Positions 18,242 through 27,226 of a stretch of 64,000 bases of DNA are shown here, piece by piece; positions within the stretch are counted from its first letter, which is position 1; the number at the start of each line of letters is the position of its first letter. The notes beneath the pieces are model-generated. The model saw only the letters and a list, made by a program, of their open reading frames with translations. It was not told the DNA's origin and did not search any database. Both the position numbers and the translations under genes were made by a program. This DNA comes from Kiritimatiellia bacterium (GTDB lineage Bacteria; Verrucomicrobiota; Kiritimatiellia; RFP12; DVOR01): positions 2,874-66,873 of the forward strand of contig JAVBMC010000069.1 of assembly GCA_031552845.1 (NCBI GenBank). Direction: 5' to 3'.

Positions 18242-18242
18242 T

Positions 18243-18764
18243 CTATTCACCTCCTCCCTCTTTGGCTGGGCTGACATAAAAGCTTTCCTGCCGCTCAATA
18301 CGCAGCCCAACTTTCCGTAAATCTTCGACGGTCAACTTACCGCCTTGAAAATCACCAAGGATCCGTTCTTTGTCTAACTCGACCTTCTCGCGGGTGTAAA
18401 TCTGCAAATCCGGATCCGTCTGCACCAGTCCCAGCGTATACTCAACCTTGACGCCCGTCAGCTGCTTAACCGCCGGAGTACCGGAACGAAAGCCGATGGA
18501 TCCGTGAATCAGATCCAGCCGCTTCTTATCGCCGAACTCACCGAGGTTCAGCGACGCCCAAGCCATCATGTCATTGTACAGCTCATCGACTTGGCGTTTC
18601 AATTCTGTCAAAGGTGCCTCATACTTGGTACGAAGTTCAGTGATCTGTTCTTCCAAGCTCAACTGTTGCTTGTTGTACTCAATCAGAATTGAACAGTACT
18701 CGCCAAACACGCCCTCCAACTGCTCGCGGGTACTGATTGTTGTCTTTGTAGGTTTCTTTGCCAT
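18243..18764 (-). CDS. gam: Host-nuclease inhibitor, Mu Gam-like
   Basis: LDLIHGSIGFRSGTP, YTREKVELDKE and QESFYV motifs. Confidence 0.85.
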   Translation of the reverse strand: MAKKPTKTTISTREQLEGVFGEYCSILIEYNKQQLSLEEQITELRTKYEAPLTELKRQVDELYNDMMAWASLNLGEFGDKKRLDLIHGSIGFRSGTPAVKQLTGVKVEYTLGLVQTDPDLQIYTREKVELDKERILGDFQGGKLTVEDLRKVGLRIERQESFYVSPAKEGGGE

Positions 18765-18775
18765 TGTCTTATCTC

Positions 18776-19369
18776 CTAGTATTTGAGCCGCATCCCAAGT
18801 TTAATGTCCCAGACATCACGATCGGTAATGCCAAGGTCATTCTTGCAAATGTGGCGTTTGATTGATACAATCCTGAACTTCAGGTTAAACTGGGTATAGC
18901 CGCGAGCGAAACAAACCTTGGTGAACTTCTTTTGAGACAGCAGTTTGTTCCAGTGGCCCGAAGTCTCGCGGTACTCGTGGTCCTTTTCGCCGCTCTCCAT
19001 CTGATCATACCACTTGTGTTTCAGCACCATGTAGAGTGTGGAGTTATCATCGAGCAGTATGCCATCGCCACAAGCCGTCCGCGGATAGAAGTGATTAAGC
19101 AGCCGTCCCGTTTCCGGCTGCTTCTCGATATTATCGTCAATCCCCAGCACATCATGAAGCAGGGTGAAGCCATCCGCATCCAAAAGCCTTTCAAAGTCAA
19201 TCGCGGCACCGTAGCCATGACAGGCCAACAGGCTCATGTGGAGTTCTTTGCGTGAAGGCGGCTTGCACCCGGACGACCGAATCAGCTGCATCACCTTCGT
19301 GATACAGCGTGAAGCCAGCCGCAAATCCTTGGCACTCATCTTCTCGCGGAGTAAAGCAAAGTCAATCAT
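18776..19369 (-). CDS. Two-domain protein: small phage domain fused to ASCH-like domain
   Basis: N-half IDFERLLDADGFTLLHDVLGI...GRLLNHFYPRTA; C-half LKHKWYDQMESGEKDHEYRE...VCFARGY (ASCH/PUA-like). Confidence 0.6.
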   Translation of the reverse strand: MIDFALLREKMSAKDLRLASRCITKVMQLIRSSGCKPPSRKELHMSLLACHGYGAAIDFERLLDADGFTLLHDVLGIDDNIEKQPETGRLLNHFYPRTACGDGILLDDNSTLYMVLKHKWYDQMESGEKDHEYRETSGHWNKLLSQKKFTKVCFARGYTQFNLKFRIVSIKRHICKNDLGITDRDVWDIKLGMRLKY

Positions 19370-19378
19370 AGCACCTCC

Positions 19379-20338
19379 CTAGATTTTCGCCGTCCGCCGC
19401 ATGGACACATCCGATACCGCCTGCGAGACCGCTTGAATCGACAGCCCCGCGCCGATCAGCTGTTTGGACACGTCCCGAACAAACGCCAGGGCGCCGTTAT
19501 TCTGTGCAGCCGGGCGGATCATCTTGGCCGCCGCGTGCAGCTCTGCCTTTTCGGCCTCCGGGAAGATGTTCTTTAAGTAGCCTTCAACATCTTTCACATC
19601 CAAACCCAGCTTGACACGTGCGCTGATCCGATTGGTCGACAGCTGACGCGCCTCAGAGAAAGCGGCTTTGTACAACTTTGCCCACATCTCCGGGATGCCA
19701 ATTAAGACGAACTCACCGGGTGTGCGGTTGACAAGCGTCTTGATCACGTTGAGGCACTTCGGTCCCATATGATGTGCCTCATCGATGATGATGCAACGCC
19801 GGGAAACCTTCAGCAGTTCCATGACGCGCGATAAACGGCTCACGCCACGGAAAGGCGGTGTCAGTTCGCCGAGTTCCACCAGCAGATCCCCCAACAATGC
19901 CGCAGGCGAATCGTTCCACATGCAGTTGGCTTCGATCATCAAAACACGCTTGCCGTACTTTCCGCAGAGGATCCGCGCCGAGGTTGTCTTGCCGCATCCG
20001 CTTTCACCGTCAACGAACACCACCCGGTCAGTGCCCCAGCTCTTCATCGCACCAACCGCCGCCAAACGTACCGCATCCACGCCCGGCAGGTTGTCGTACT
20101 GCTCTTCGGCCGAACCCTCGCCCGTCAACGCCTGGATCAACGCCGCCGCCGCGCGGTAGTTCGCCAGCTGGGCATCAACGTCATAGCCTGCTGTTTTGCC
20201 CGCTTTCATATCGCGGAAGGTTTTCTCACTGCCCAGTCCTGGATACTCTTTTACAAGCTTGGCGATGCCGATGCCCTTACGGGTAGCGTAATCGCTCATC
20301 ACCGTTGCCAACTCCATCAGTTCTTTATTCTGTTCCAT
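19379..20338 (-). CDS. Transposition ATPase, MuB-like AAA+
   Basis: Walker A GESGCGKT, Walker B CIIIDEAH; downstream of the transposase. Confidence 0.9.
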   Translation of the reverse strand: MEQNKELMELATVMSDYATRKGIGIAKLVKEYPGLGSEKTFRDMKAGKTAGYDVDAQLANYRAAAALIQALTGEGSAEEQYDNLPGVDAVRLAAVGAMKSWGTDRVVFVDGESGCGKTTSARILCGKYGKRVLMIEANCMWNDSPAALLGDLLVELGELTPPFRGVSRLSRVMELLKVSRRCIIIDEAHHMGPKCLNVIKTLVNRTPGEFVLIGIPEMWAKLYKAAFSEARQLSTNRISARVKLGLDVKDVEGYLKNIFPEAEKAELHAAAKMIRPAAQNNGALAFVRDVSKQLIGAGLSIQAVSQAVSDVSMRRTAKI

Positions 20339-20365
20339 ACTCTCTCTCCTTTTCGTTTGTTACTG

Positions 20366-20482
20366 TTACTTCAACCATGCGATGATTCTCAACACCGCCA
20401 AAATTATCATTCCTGCCACACTCACAAAAAACAACACGCCCGCCGAAAAATCCACCCGATCCCCTGTGTCTTCGTCTCTCAT
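20366..20482 (-). CDS. 38-aa single-TM peptide between transposase and MuB
   Basis: Manually translated: MRDEDTGDRVDFSAGVLFFVSVAGMIILAVLRIIAWLK; fills the intergenic gap. Confidence 0.55.
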   Translation of the reverse strand: MRDEDTGDRVDFSAGVLFFVSVAGMIILAVLRIIAWLK

Positions 20483-20497
20483 GGTTCAGCCCCTTCG

Positions 20498-22168
20498 CTA
20501 ATACAAAACAACGCCGCTTTCCTCGCGTGCCCAATCAATCGGCTTGGGCGCAGCCTCCGGCTTCGGTTTCGGTAGCGTCACCACGGGCGCCACCTTGACC
20601 GGCTTAATCCGCCCGCGCTTGTCATAAGCGCGCGCCGTGCGACCGATCAGCGCGGCAGACGCTTTCTTGACCGCCGTACCCAGCACTCGGCCATCAGTAG
20701 AGAACGCCCGCCACCCGTCACCGCTGCGCTCGACGCACGGCGCCACAGAAACACACGTGGCCGCCTCTGCTATTACGTGCCCCTTCGGCCATTCGCAAAA
20801 CTTCTTGGCCAAGGTCAGCTGCGCGCCGTTGCCGATCTCCGCCGGATCAAAAGCAACCATGACCCGCGCACCCTCAAACAAATACCCCTCCTCACAAGCA
20901 AACTGATAGGGCAGCTTAGTTTCCAGCCCAAACGGTGCCTCAGTTTTAACCTCGATCATCCCGCCACGTAGCATCGTGCGCACCTCACGGACTGGCAGAG
21001 CGTAAGCGGCCATACCATCCGGTAAGCGGTGACCTTTGTGCAGCTGCGCGCCGTAAACCTCTGACGGCACCCAGCGCCCATAAGTAGCGGACTGCATCAC
21101 CTCATCATTCAAGTACCGCACGCTCTTATCAATCAGCTCCAAGGTTTCGCTGAGGGATAAAAACAGCGTCCGCGGATCCCGCGCACCTTCCCGGCAGGCC
21201 GTCCAGTTCGCCGTCTCTTTGACCAGCTCACCGCGGAACCGCCCAACATGCCCGCGCGGCTCTAGCGCGGACTGAACCGTCCAAAGGCGGTTGAAGTAAC
21301 CCTCCACCAGCTTTTGGTTAGGACGCCCCTTAGCCGAGATTGAGGAAACGCCTGCCGCCTTCACAAACGCCTTCACGCGCTCGCTCTGCCACACGCCGCC
21401 CTCAACTACCAACTCATTAGGGGCGTAACCAATATCCCGCCAGCAGCGCTGCAAGGCCGAAGCTACGTCCGCCGCACGGTAAGCATCATTCGCACGGCGC
21501 ACGTAAGACCAGCCCACGCAGAAATCGGTGGCGCAGTCAATCCCCAGCAGTAGCTGATAGCGCGCCAAACGGACACCGAACTTATCACTGCACTTATCCC
21601 CACCCTGCGGCCAAGGCACGTAGCACCCAAAGTTGATACTGGCGTCATCCCACACCTGCCGCTCGCCCGGCACCAAGCGGCGGGAACCATCCTGCACCAT
21701 CCGCAAAAAGCCCGGTACGTAAATCCCGTCATTCTGGCCTGCCTTGGGATTGCGATACTTCGCCACCACCGCACGGCCCAGACGCATGGCGCGTTTGATC
21801 GCGGTGGGCAAAGCGTGTTTATTAGACAGCCCAAGAATCACTTGGCGGGTTTCCGGGCGAAGCGGTGACTGCTCATCCTTCGCCGCGATACGCGCCGCGG
21901 CTGTCATGCTGCCTGCCTCTTTGCCGCGATTCGAGCGGATGTAAACCTCAGCCAAATACTTCGCCTCGGCATCGTTCAGCTCCACCTTGGGCGGACGCCC
22001 CGCGCGCGGTAATTCCTGCGCACCATGCAATCCAGCCGCTTCTATTCGCTCAGTCCACCGACGATACCAGGCTTTCGAGACATCCACCCGGCGCAACGCC
22101 TCATCCAGCGTCAGCCCGTGGCCTTGCCAAGTGCGGATCAGATTCAGTGTTGCAACCGGATCTTTCAT
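20498..22168 (-). CDS. Phage transposase (MuA/Tn552-related DDE family)
   Basis: N-terminal HTH, RNase H-fold motifs QVWDD, LLGID, LVVEGG and KLVEGYF; C-terminal beta domain. Confidence 0.9.
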   Translation of the reverse strand: MKDPVATLNLIRTWQGHGLTLDEALRRVDVSKAWYRRWTERIEAAGLHGAQELPRAGRPPKVELNDAEAKYLAEVYIRSNRGKEAGSMTAAARIAAKDEQSPLRPETRQVILGLSNKHALPTAIKRAMRLGRAVVAKYRNPKAGQNDGIYVPGFLRMVQDGSRRLVPGERQVWDDASINFGCYVPWPQGGDKCSDKFGVRLARYQLLLGIDCATDFCVGWSYVRRANDAYRAADVASALQRCWRDIGYAPNELVVEGGVWQSERVKAFVKAAGVSSISAKGRPNQKLVEGYFNRLWTVQSALEPRGHVGRFRGELVKETANWTACREGARDPRTLFLSLSETLELIDKSVRYLNDEVMQSATYGRWVPSEVYGAQLHKGHRLPDGMAAYALPVREVRTMLRGGMIEVKTEAPFGLETKLPYQFACEEGYLFEGARVMVAFDPAEIGNGAQLTLAKKFCEWPKGHVIAEAATCVSVAPCVERSGDGWRAFSTDGRVLGTAVKKASAALIGRTARAYDKRGRIKPVKVAPVVTLPKPKPEAAPKPIDWAREESGVVLY

Positions 22169-23205
22169 TTGCGGCGTCCTTTGCTCTTGCCTGCCTTTTG
22201 CAGTTCGTCTGTTTCCATGATCGTCTTTAGGAGGTTCCAGACATCCATCGGTGCCGACCGAAGCGCTGCGTCCAATTCCTTCAAAATCTTTTCCCGCGTT
22301 TCCTGGGTAATTTCACGGCACCAAATGACATCATCTTCAACCTCAAACGTGCGGCGCAATGCGGTTGCAGCCCTCAGCACAATTCCGCCATAATCGGTGG
22401 CGGCACGCTCGGTTCCCTCCGTTGCTGACCGTCCCTTGAGTGCAGCCGCCCATCGCCGGATTGGCGTGCGCCCGCCCATCACGTCTAGGTAAGTGCGGTT
22501 GATATGATCGCTCACCGCTGGATCATCTGCCGGAATAATCACGGTGCGTCCATCGGTCAAGCGCTTCGGCAGCCCCCCTTCAATCCTTGCAGCCGCCAAC
22601 TCAATCCCTTTTGACACATCCTTTCGGGAACACCCTAGGCGGGCGGCGATTACGCCCGCCGAAAAGACTGGGTCATGTGACTCACCCTTTGCCGGGGAGG
22701 GGTAGTCACGTGACGAACCCTCCCCATTGTGCTTTCCGCGGGCACCTGTGGCGGCTGGGTTTTGATCCGCCTTCCACGTTTTCAAAATAGCATCGCAGTG
22801 TAAATCAATGTACCGCATAATTCGTTCCCCGGCAGTGATACGGCGGCGAAAAGCGTTTTTGGAAAGGGCGATGTGGCGGACTTTGTCGATGTCGATCTCA
22901 TAGATGCTACATGCAACTACCTCCAATCCAGCATACCGCGCAGCCTTTAGACGCCCACAACCATCCAGCACCCAGTACTCATCCGTCGAGCTAAACTTTA
23001 GGCTCACCATCAGCGGTTCCAACAGGCCATGCTCGCGAATATCATTGACCAATGCCGCGCTATCCTCTTCCTCATCCTTCTCACGATGCAACCCCCAAAA
23101 AGCGGCAGCATCCGGATGCGCCTCTAGTTTGTCCAATGCAATCATTTCCGTGCGGATAAACTCAGGCCGGACGGGTTCGTATTGTGTTGCTTTCTTCATG
23201 GTCAT
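22165..23205 (-). CDS. ParB/Srx-like N-terminal domain protein with HTH
   Basis: DIREHGLLEPL and VLDGCGRLKAA (GxxRxxA); IAARLGCSRKDV HTH. Confidence 0.75.
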   Translation of the reverse strand: MTMKKATQYEPVRPEFIRTEMIALDKLEAHPDAAAFWGLHREKDEEEDSAALVNDIREHGLLEPLMVSLKFSSTDEYWVLDGCGRLKAARYAGLEVVACSIYEIDIDKVRHIALSKNAFRRRITAGERIMRYIDLHCDAILKTWKADQNPAATGARGKHNGEGSSRDYPSPAKGESHDPVFSAGVIAARLGCSRKDVSKGIELAAARIEGGLPKRLTDGRTVIIPADDPAVSDHINRTYLDVMGGRTPIRRWAAALKGRSATEGTERAATDYGGIVLRAATALRRTFEVEDDVIWCREITQETREKILKELDAALRSAPMDVWNLLKTIMETDELQKAGKSKGRRK

Positions 23206-23975
23206 TTTCCTTTCGATTTACTAGCCGCCAAATCGGCAATCAGTTTATCAAACACCGTCCTCGCATACTCGCGCGACCACTCGCAGCCATCTGCTGCGCC
23301 ATGCAATTGCAACATCAACAGGGTCAGTAGATGCCGCTCAGACTTTTGCGTGGATCGAAAAGCCAGCAGCGCATAGGTTTCGAACCGATATTGTTCGCTA
23401 TTGACAAAGAGCCACTTAGCTTGTTCTTGGCTCATGCGTTTTCTTCCTTCAAACTCATCCTGCTTCTGTTGCAGTTGCTTTGTCATCGGCTTTTTTCCAG
23501 TCAGCAGATAGTCAGTGCTCACCTGAAAATACTCAGCCATCCTTTTGAGGTGTTTCGGCATTATCGTCCCGCCATTTTTCCAGCGATTCAGATTCTGGGG
23601 CGATACTCCACAAATATCTGCAAGCTGGGCAAGAGACAGGTCACACGTGCTTCGGAGTTGATCAATTCGTGCAAAAATATCGACCATGTCAGAATCATCT
23701 TGCTCTGGTTCTTTCCCGGTCAAAAGCCAATCCATCGAGACATTGCACTTCTGGGATATAACATGCAAATTTTCAGCATGGGGCACTGATCCATTCTTCC
23801 ATCGTTGGTATACTGGTGTTGATATGCCGAGGAAACGGCAGAAATCAGCGATATTACGGTCGCCTTGCAAAAAAAGCACCCGCTCAAAGAAATTCTTAGA
23901 TACCGCTGGAATTGACGCATCTTTAGATCTTACTAGCTCGACCGACTCCACCACCACTTGAACTTGTTCGCTCAT
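23202..23975 (-). CDS. Tandem XRE-type HTH protein with C-terminal extension
   Basis: Two HTH units ending VSMDWLLTGK and VSTDYLLTGK. Confidence 0.8.
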   Translation of the reverse strand: MSEQVQVVVESVELVRSKDASIPAVSKNFFERVLFLQGDRNIADFCRFLGISTPVYQRWKNGSVPHAENLHVISQKCNVSMDWLLTGKEPEQDDSDMVDIFARIDQLRSTCDLSLAQLADICGVSPQNLNRWKNGGTIMPKHLKRMAEYFQVSTDYLLTGKKPMTKQLQQKQDEFEGRKRMSQEQAKWLFVNSEQYRFETYALLAFRSTQKSERHLLTLLMLQLHGAADGCEWSREYARTVFDKLIADLAASKSKGK

Positions 23976-23996
23976 GGGTTTCTCCTTTCGATTCAG

Positions 23997-24194
23997 CTAC
24001 TTCGCCGCCAACAGCTTGGCCGCATGCCGCCGGTATTGCTGGGCTAAACCATACGGATCATTTCGCTGGCCGTTCAGAATATACCACAAGTGAGACGGGG
24101 AAACTCCACACTCAATGGCAATTAGTTTCACCCCCGGAAACTTCGCATTTGGCCTGAAAAATGGCCGTTTTTCGCTCTCTTTTTCACTCTTCAT
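23997..24194 (-). CDS. Ner/Cro-like small HTH protein
   Basis: IAIECGVSPSHLWYILNG; first early gene, divergent from the repressor; ATG 24194 after AAAGGAAG. Confidence 0.7.
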   Translation of the reverse strand: MKSEKESEKRPFFRPNAKFPGVKLIAIECGVSPSHLWYILNGQRNDPYGLAQQYRRHAAKLLAAK

Positions 24195-24209
24195 CTCGCT
24201 TCCTTTCGT

Positions 24210-24238
24210 TTGCTTTTTGCTCGATTTTGTGATACAAT
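24210..24238 (+). promoter_or_regulatory. Putative repressor promoter (Pc-like)
   Basis: TTGCTT-17-TACAAT with an extended -10 TG. Confidence 0.65.
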
Positions 24239-24266
24239 TATAAGGTTGTGTGCGCAACTGGCAGAC

Positions 24267-24295
24267 ATTCTACTCCTTTTGGATTAGATAGTCAA
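24267..24295 (-). promoter_or_regulatory. Putative early promoter (Pe-like)
   Basis: TTGACT-17-TAGAAT on the minus strand. Confidence 0.75.
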
Positions 24296-24310
24296 CTCCA
24301 AAAGGAGTAG
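24270..24310. repeat. Perfect 14-bp inverted repeat (operator or RNA hairpin)
   Basis: CTACTCCTTTTGGA-N13-TCCAAAAGGAGTAG; overlaps Pe and the repressor SD. Confidence 0.8.
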
Positions 24311-24312
24311 TT

Positions 24313-24642
24313 ATGGAAAATGATTTATCCGATCGGATTAAGATACTTTGTGGCGATATGTCTGTGGCGGCGTTTGCCCGGAAAGTCGGCTTGAACCAAG
24401 CTGCATTGGACAGGTATATCAAAAAGATACGCGAACCTAATAATCACGCCATTGTTACAATCGCAAAATCGTGCGGAGTCTCCACTGACTGGTTGTTAGG
24501 CTTAACTACGGAGCAGGCGACACTGGAGGTGGAATCGGAGTGGAAAGTACGTGCTTTGCAGGCCGAAAAAAAACTCGAACAAGTTCGTAAAGCCTTTCGC
24601 AAGGTCGCAAGTGCTGTTGACGACTTGGAAGAGGCTTTATAA
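24313..24642 (+). CDS. Prophage repressor, XRE HTH plus coiled coil
   Basis: SVAAFARKVGLNQAALDRY...GVSTDWLLG; divergent from the early operon. Confidence 0.8.
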   Translation: MENDLSDRIKILCGDMSVAAFARKVGLNQAALDRYIKKIREPNNHAIVTIAKSCGVSTDWLLGLTTEQATLEVESEWKVRALQAEKKLEQVRKAFRKVASAVDDLEEAL

Positions 24643-24674
24643 GACAAACTTGCGAAAACAAAAAAGAAAAACTC

Positions 24675-25037
24675 ATGCACTATTTTCAAATACAATTTGA
24701 GCCAAATGATGAGGCACTTGCACAGAAGTTTGCAGATGAGATGAATACCAAGCTTGGGAAAGAAATATTTTTCGTCGGATGCCCTTGTCCGTTAAGCGTA
24801 GTGACTGACTTTGTTCAGTTTTTTTATGTTTTTTCAAAGTTGTGTGCTGAGTGGGCAACAGTGCTTGGATTTATTTGGAAGGTTGCAGAAACAATAAACG
24901 CAAAAATCAAGGTTTCTTTGCCCGATGAGAAGGAAACTCAGACTTGTCAATCTTTGGCTGAGCTTACCCAAAAGTGTGATAAATATCCAACTGACCGAAT
25001 TGATATTGTGATTTCAAAATCCATTTCTGACAAGTAA
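24675..25037 (+). CDS. Hypothetical moron protein
   Basis: AT-rich ORF of 120 aa with a central hydrophobic helix. Confidence 0.6.
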   Translation: MHYFQIQFEPNDEALAQKFADEMNTKLGKEIFFVGCPCPLSVVTDFVQFFYVFSKLCAEWATVLGFIWKVAETINAKIKVSLPDEKETQTCQSLAELTQKCDKYPTDRIDIVISKSISDK

Positions 25038-25041
25038 CCTC

Positions 25042-25368
25042 ATGAGTAATCTTCCGCGAGACAAATCTGATGATGCCGGGCAGTTGAGGCTGTATTGCTT
25101 GGCTTTTTTGGCCGAACGTGCGCCCCGACGTTTAACCGCGCAGGCGATTCGGACGCGGCTGATTGCGAGTACGATTTTGGATGCAGTGCCAACGCAGGCC
25201 GAGCTAAATCAGGTTTTAGTGGATCTACAGAAAAATGGCGCCTGGGTGGAGGTAGAGATTGAGCCCGTCACCAAAGAAGTATTGTGGTATGCCACCGATG
25301 CCGGCAAGCGTCAATGGGTGTTGGACGGTCAGCCACAGATCGGAGGCAAGCCCAATGAAGTGCAGTGA
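25042..25368 (+). CDS. Winged-helix-like protein, paralog of 31056-31325
   Basis: Shares FLA.R.P and PVTK...WYATDAG..QW.L.G with 31056-31325. Confidence 0.75.
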   Translation: MSNLPRDKSDDAGQLRLYCLAFLAERAPRRLTAQAIRTRLIASTILDAVPTQAELNQVLVDLQKNGAWVEVEIEPVTKEVLWYATDAGKRQWVLDGQPQIGGKPNEVQ

Positions 25369-25390
25369 TGTGGAAGAAATGTGGGCTGCT

Positions 25391-25431
25391 CCGCCCGTAC
25401 CCGACTTCACCGATTTTCACCGACTTCATCG
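25391..25431. repeat. ~9-nt periodic repeat, copy 1
   Basis: 25400-25427 is 27/28 identical to 27291-27318. Confidence 0.8.
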
Positions 25432-25495
25432 CTCCCTTCCCCCCCCCCGGCAGAGTAATTTGTTTGATTTTGATTGATTAACACAGGATTGATGA

Positions 25496-25927
25496 ATGAG
25501 TGTTTTCTCAGATGCCGCATCCACAAAGGCAAGCAACAAGAAACTGTCAAGTGAAGCAACGGAACGTTTGTTGATTGCTCAGGCAAAGGCCAAGGGACGG
25601 TTGTGGGCAAAAATAGCTGACTGCATCAAAAGCGGATTTTGCTGCGTTACGATTTTTTCAGTTGTATTTGTGCTGGCAAACGCGGCGGTACGCATGGTTG
25701 AGGCAAACCCGAATGTGGAAACTGTTGATGCAGTGACACGCTTGATTCATGCATTCTTTCTGGACAAGGTCCTCTATGCAGTCAGCTTATGCGTAATGGG
25801 TGGGGTGGCTTGGAGTTATCGGGATAGTGCAGTAACCGCGAAGCTACGGTTAAAAGAACGGACCCAACAGCTGGAAGACTTGAAAACCGCGCTTGAAAAT
25901 GTTAAACTAATTAAGCAGGAGAAGTAA
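25496..25927 (+). CDS. Hypothetical two-TM membrane protein with C-terminal coiled coil
   Basis: Hydrophobic segments FCCVTIFSVVFVLANAAV and VLYAVSLCVMGGVAW. Confidence 0.7.
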   Translation: MSVFSDAASTKASNKKLSSEATERLLIAQAKAKGRLWAKIADCIKSGFCCVTIFSVVFVLANAAVRMVEANPNVETVDAVTRLIHAFFLDKVLYAVSLCVMGGVAWSYRDSAVTAKLRLKERTQQLEDLKTALENVKLIKQEK

Positions 25928-25929
25928 AT

Positions 25930-26565
25930 ATGGACAAGGTAGTGTCTTTTTTGTTCTTTTTTGTTTGTACGATTTTTGCCATCAAGGCGTTTGCCGTAGC
26001 GATAAGGTCGCTGACTGATGAGTTGATGGGTAAAGAGTTTGATAAGATGCTCCAGCTCTGGCTGGACGGCAAACTGACAGATTACGAGTACAAGGTATTG
26101 TCGGAGTTAAAAGAGCGTTGTTCGCGTGCCTTGACCCGCATCCGTTTTGTAGGATTCATTGCGTTCTCGGCATCGTTGGATCGTGGCGGGGTTGAGCTAA
26201 CGCCACACAACTATTTTGCCGATTTCTCAGATGAAGCCCGTGTGATCGCTGAAGAATACTACGGCCAGCTGCTTGATTATGTAAGGGTCTATATGGTCAT
26301 GACTTCATTTTTCTTGATTCCCGTGCTGATTGCAGGTTGCGTACTGTTGGCTAAGACGTTTGTGGATGAAAAACTGCCCAAGCTGTTGCGCGCGTGCTCC
26401 GACTGGCTGCCGGCCGGAGTAACAGTCCCAGCGGTTTGCAGTGTGGTGATCTTGGCGGTGGCCCAGCAATGTACGCATAAATCCATGCAGTTGTTCCGAT
26501 GTGATGACCCTGTTCAGTTTGAAAATCGGGTAGCAGCATTAGGCGGATCGCCTACCGAATGTTAA
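25930..26565 (+). CDS. Hypothetical multi-TM membrane protein
   Basis: About three hydrophobic segments; 2 nt after the previous stop. Confidence 0.7.
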   Translation: MDKVVSFLFFFVCTIFAIKAFAVAIRSLTDELMGKEFDKMLQLWLDGKLTDYEYKVLSELKERCSRALTRIRFVGFIAFSASLDRGGVELTPHNYFADFSDEARVIAEEYYGQLLDYVRVYMVMTSFFLIPVLIAGCVLLAKTFVDEKLPKLLRACSDWLPAGVTVPAVCSVVILAVAQQCTHKSMQLFRCDDPVQFENRVAALGGSPTEC

Positions 26566-26629
26566 TCGCTAGCGATTTGAGGGCTCAATTTCCGTCCTCT
26601 CAAAATTAGTCCAAGAAAGCTAAAACATC

Positions 26630-27226
26630 ATGTCTGGACTTAGTGCAAGTGATTGGTTAAGCGCTATTGTTAACCTTGTCGGTGTTGCTGCCGGTCTTGG
26701 AATTGGTTCGTGGTTGATTCAGCGGCACTTGAATCGGATGGAGCGTGAAGCGGACGATTTGAAGGATTTGGTAGCCTTGCTGGATCGCTTTTACGAGCAA
26801 TTTTGCAATGCCCTTTTCCTTCGCGATGCCCACCAACGAATAAGAGGCCTTGCTACAGTTGTATATACGTTCGTTTGGCTCAAAGCGGAGTTGACGGATC
26901 GTTACAATATTGAGGATGCGCTTGCAGAAGAGTTAGAAAATCTTCATGAAATCGTAAAAATGAGCAATGACGCGCTTAGGCAAGATTTTAATTTAGAAAG
27001 TGCCATTGACATACAGTCACAAGGCATGGATCCTTACCTCACAATACGTCACTTGTTAAAAGCTTGGCCTCCTCGCTTGAAGAAAACAAGTCAATTAGGT
27101 GAGTATGTCATTGAGCTGCCAGATTCTTCAATGTTCGACGAAAATGCCTCGCAGAAAGATAATGACGCCCCCGTGCCCGAAAAACCACCAACCCCCGCCG
27201 ACACCCCCGAACCACAGGGCACCTAG
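26630..27226 (+). CDS. Hypothetical protein with N-terminal TM anchor
   Basis: WLSAIVNLVGVAAGLGIGSWLI followed by a helical domain and a Pro-rich tail. Confidence 0.7.
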   Translation: MSGLSASDWLSAIVNLVGVAAGLGIGSWLIQRHLNRMEREADDLKDLVALLDRFYEQFCNALFLRDAHQRIRGLATVVYTFVWLKAELTDRYNIEDALAEELENLHEIVKMSNDALRQDFNLESAIDIQSQGMDPYLTIRHLLKAWPPRLKKTSQLGEYVIELPDSSMFDENASQKDNDAPVPEKPPTPADTPEPQGT

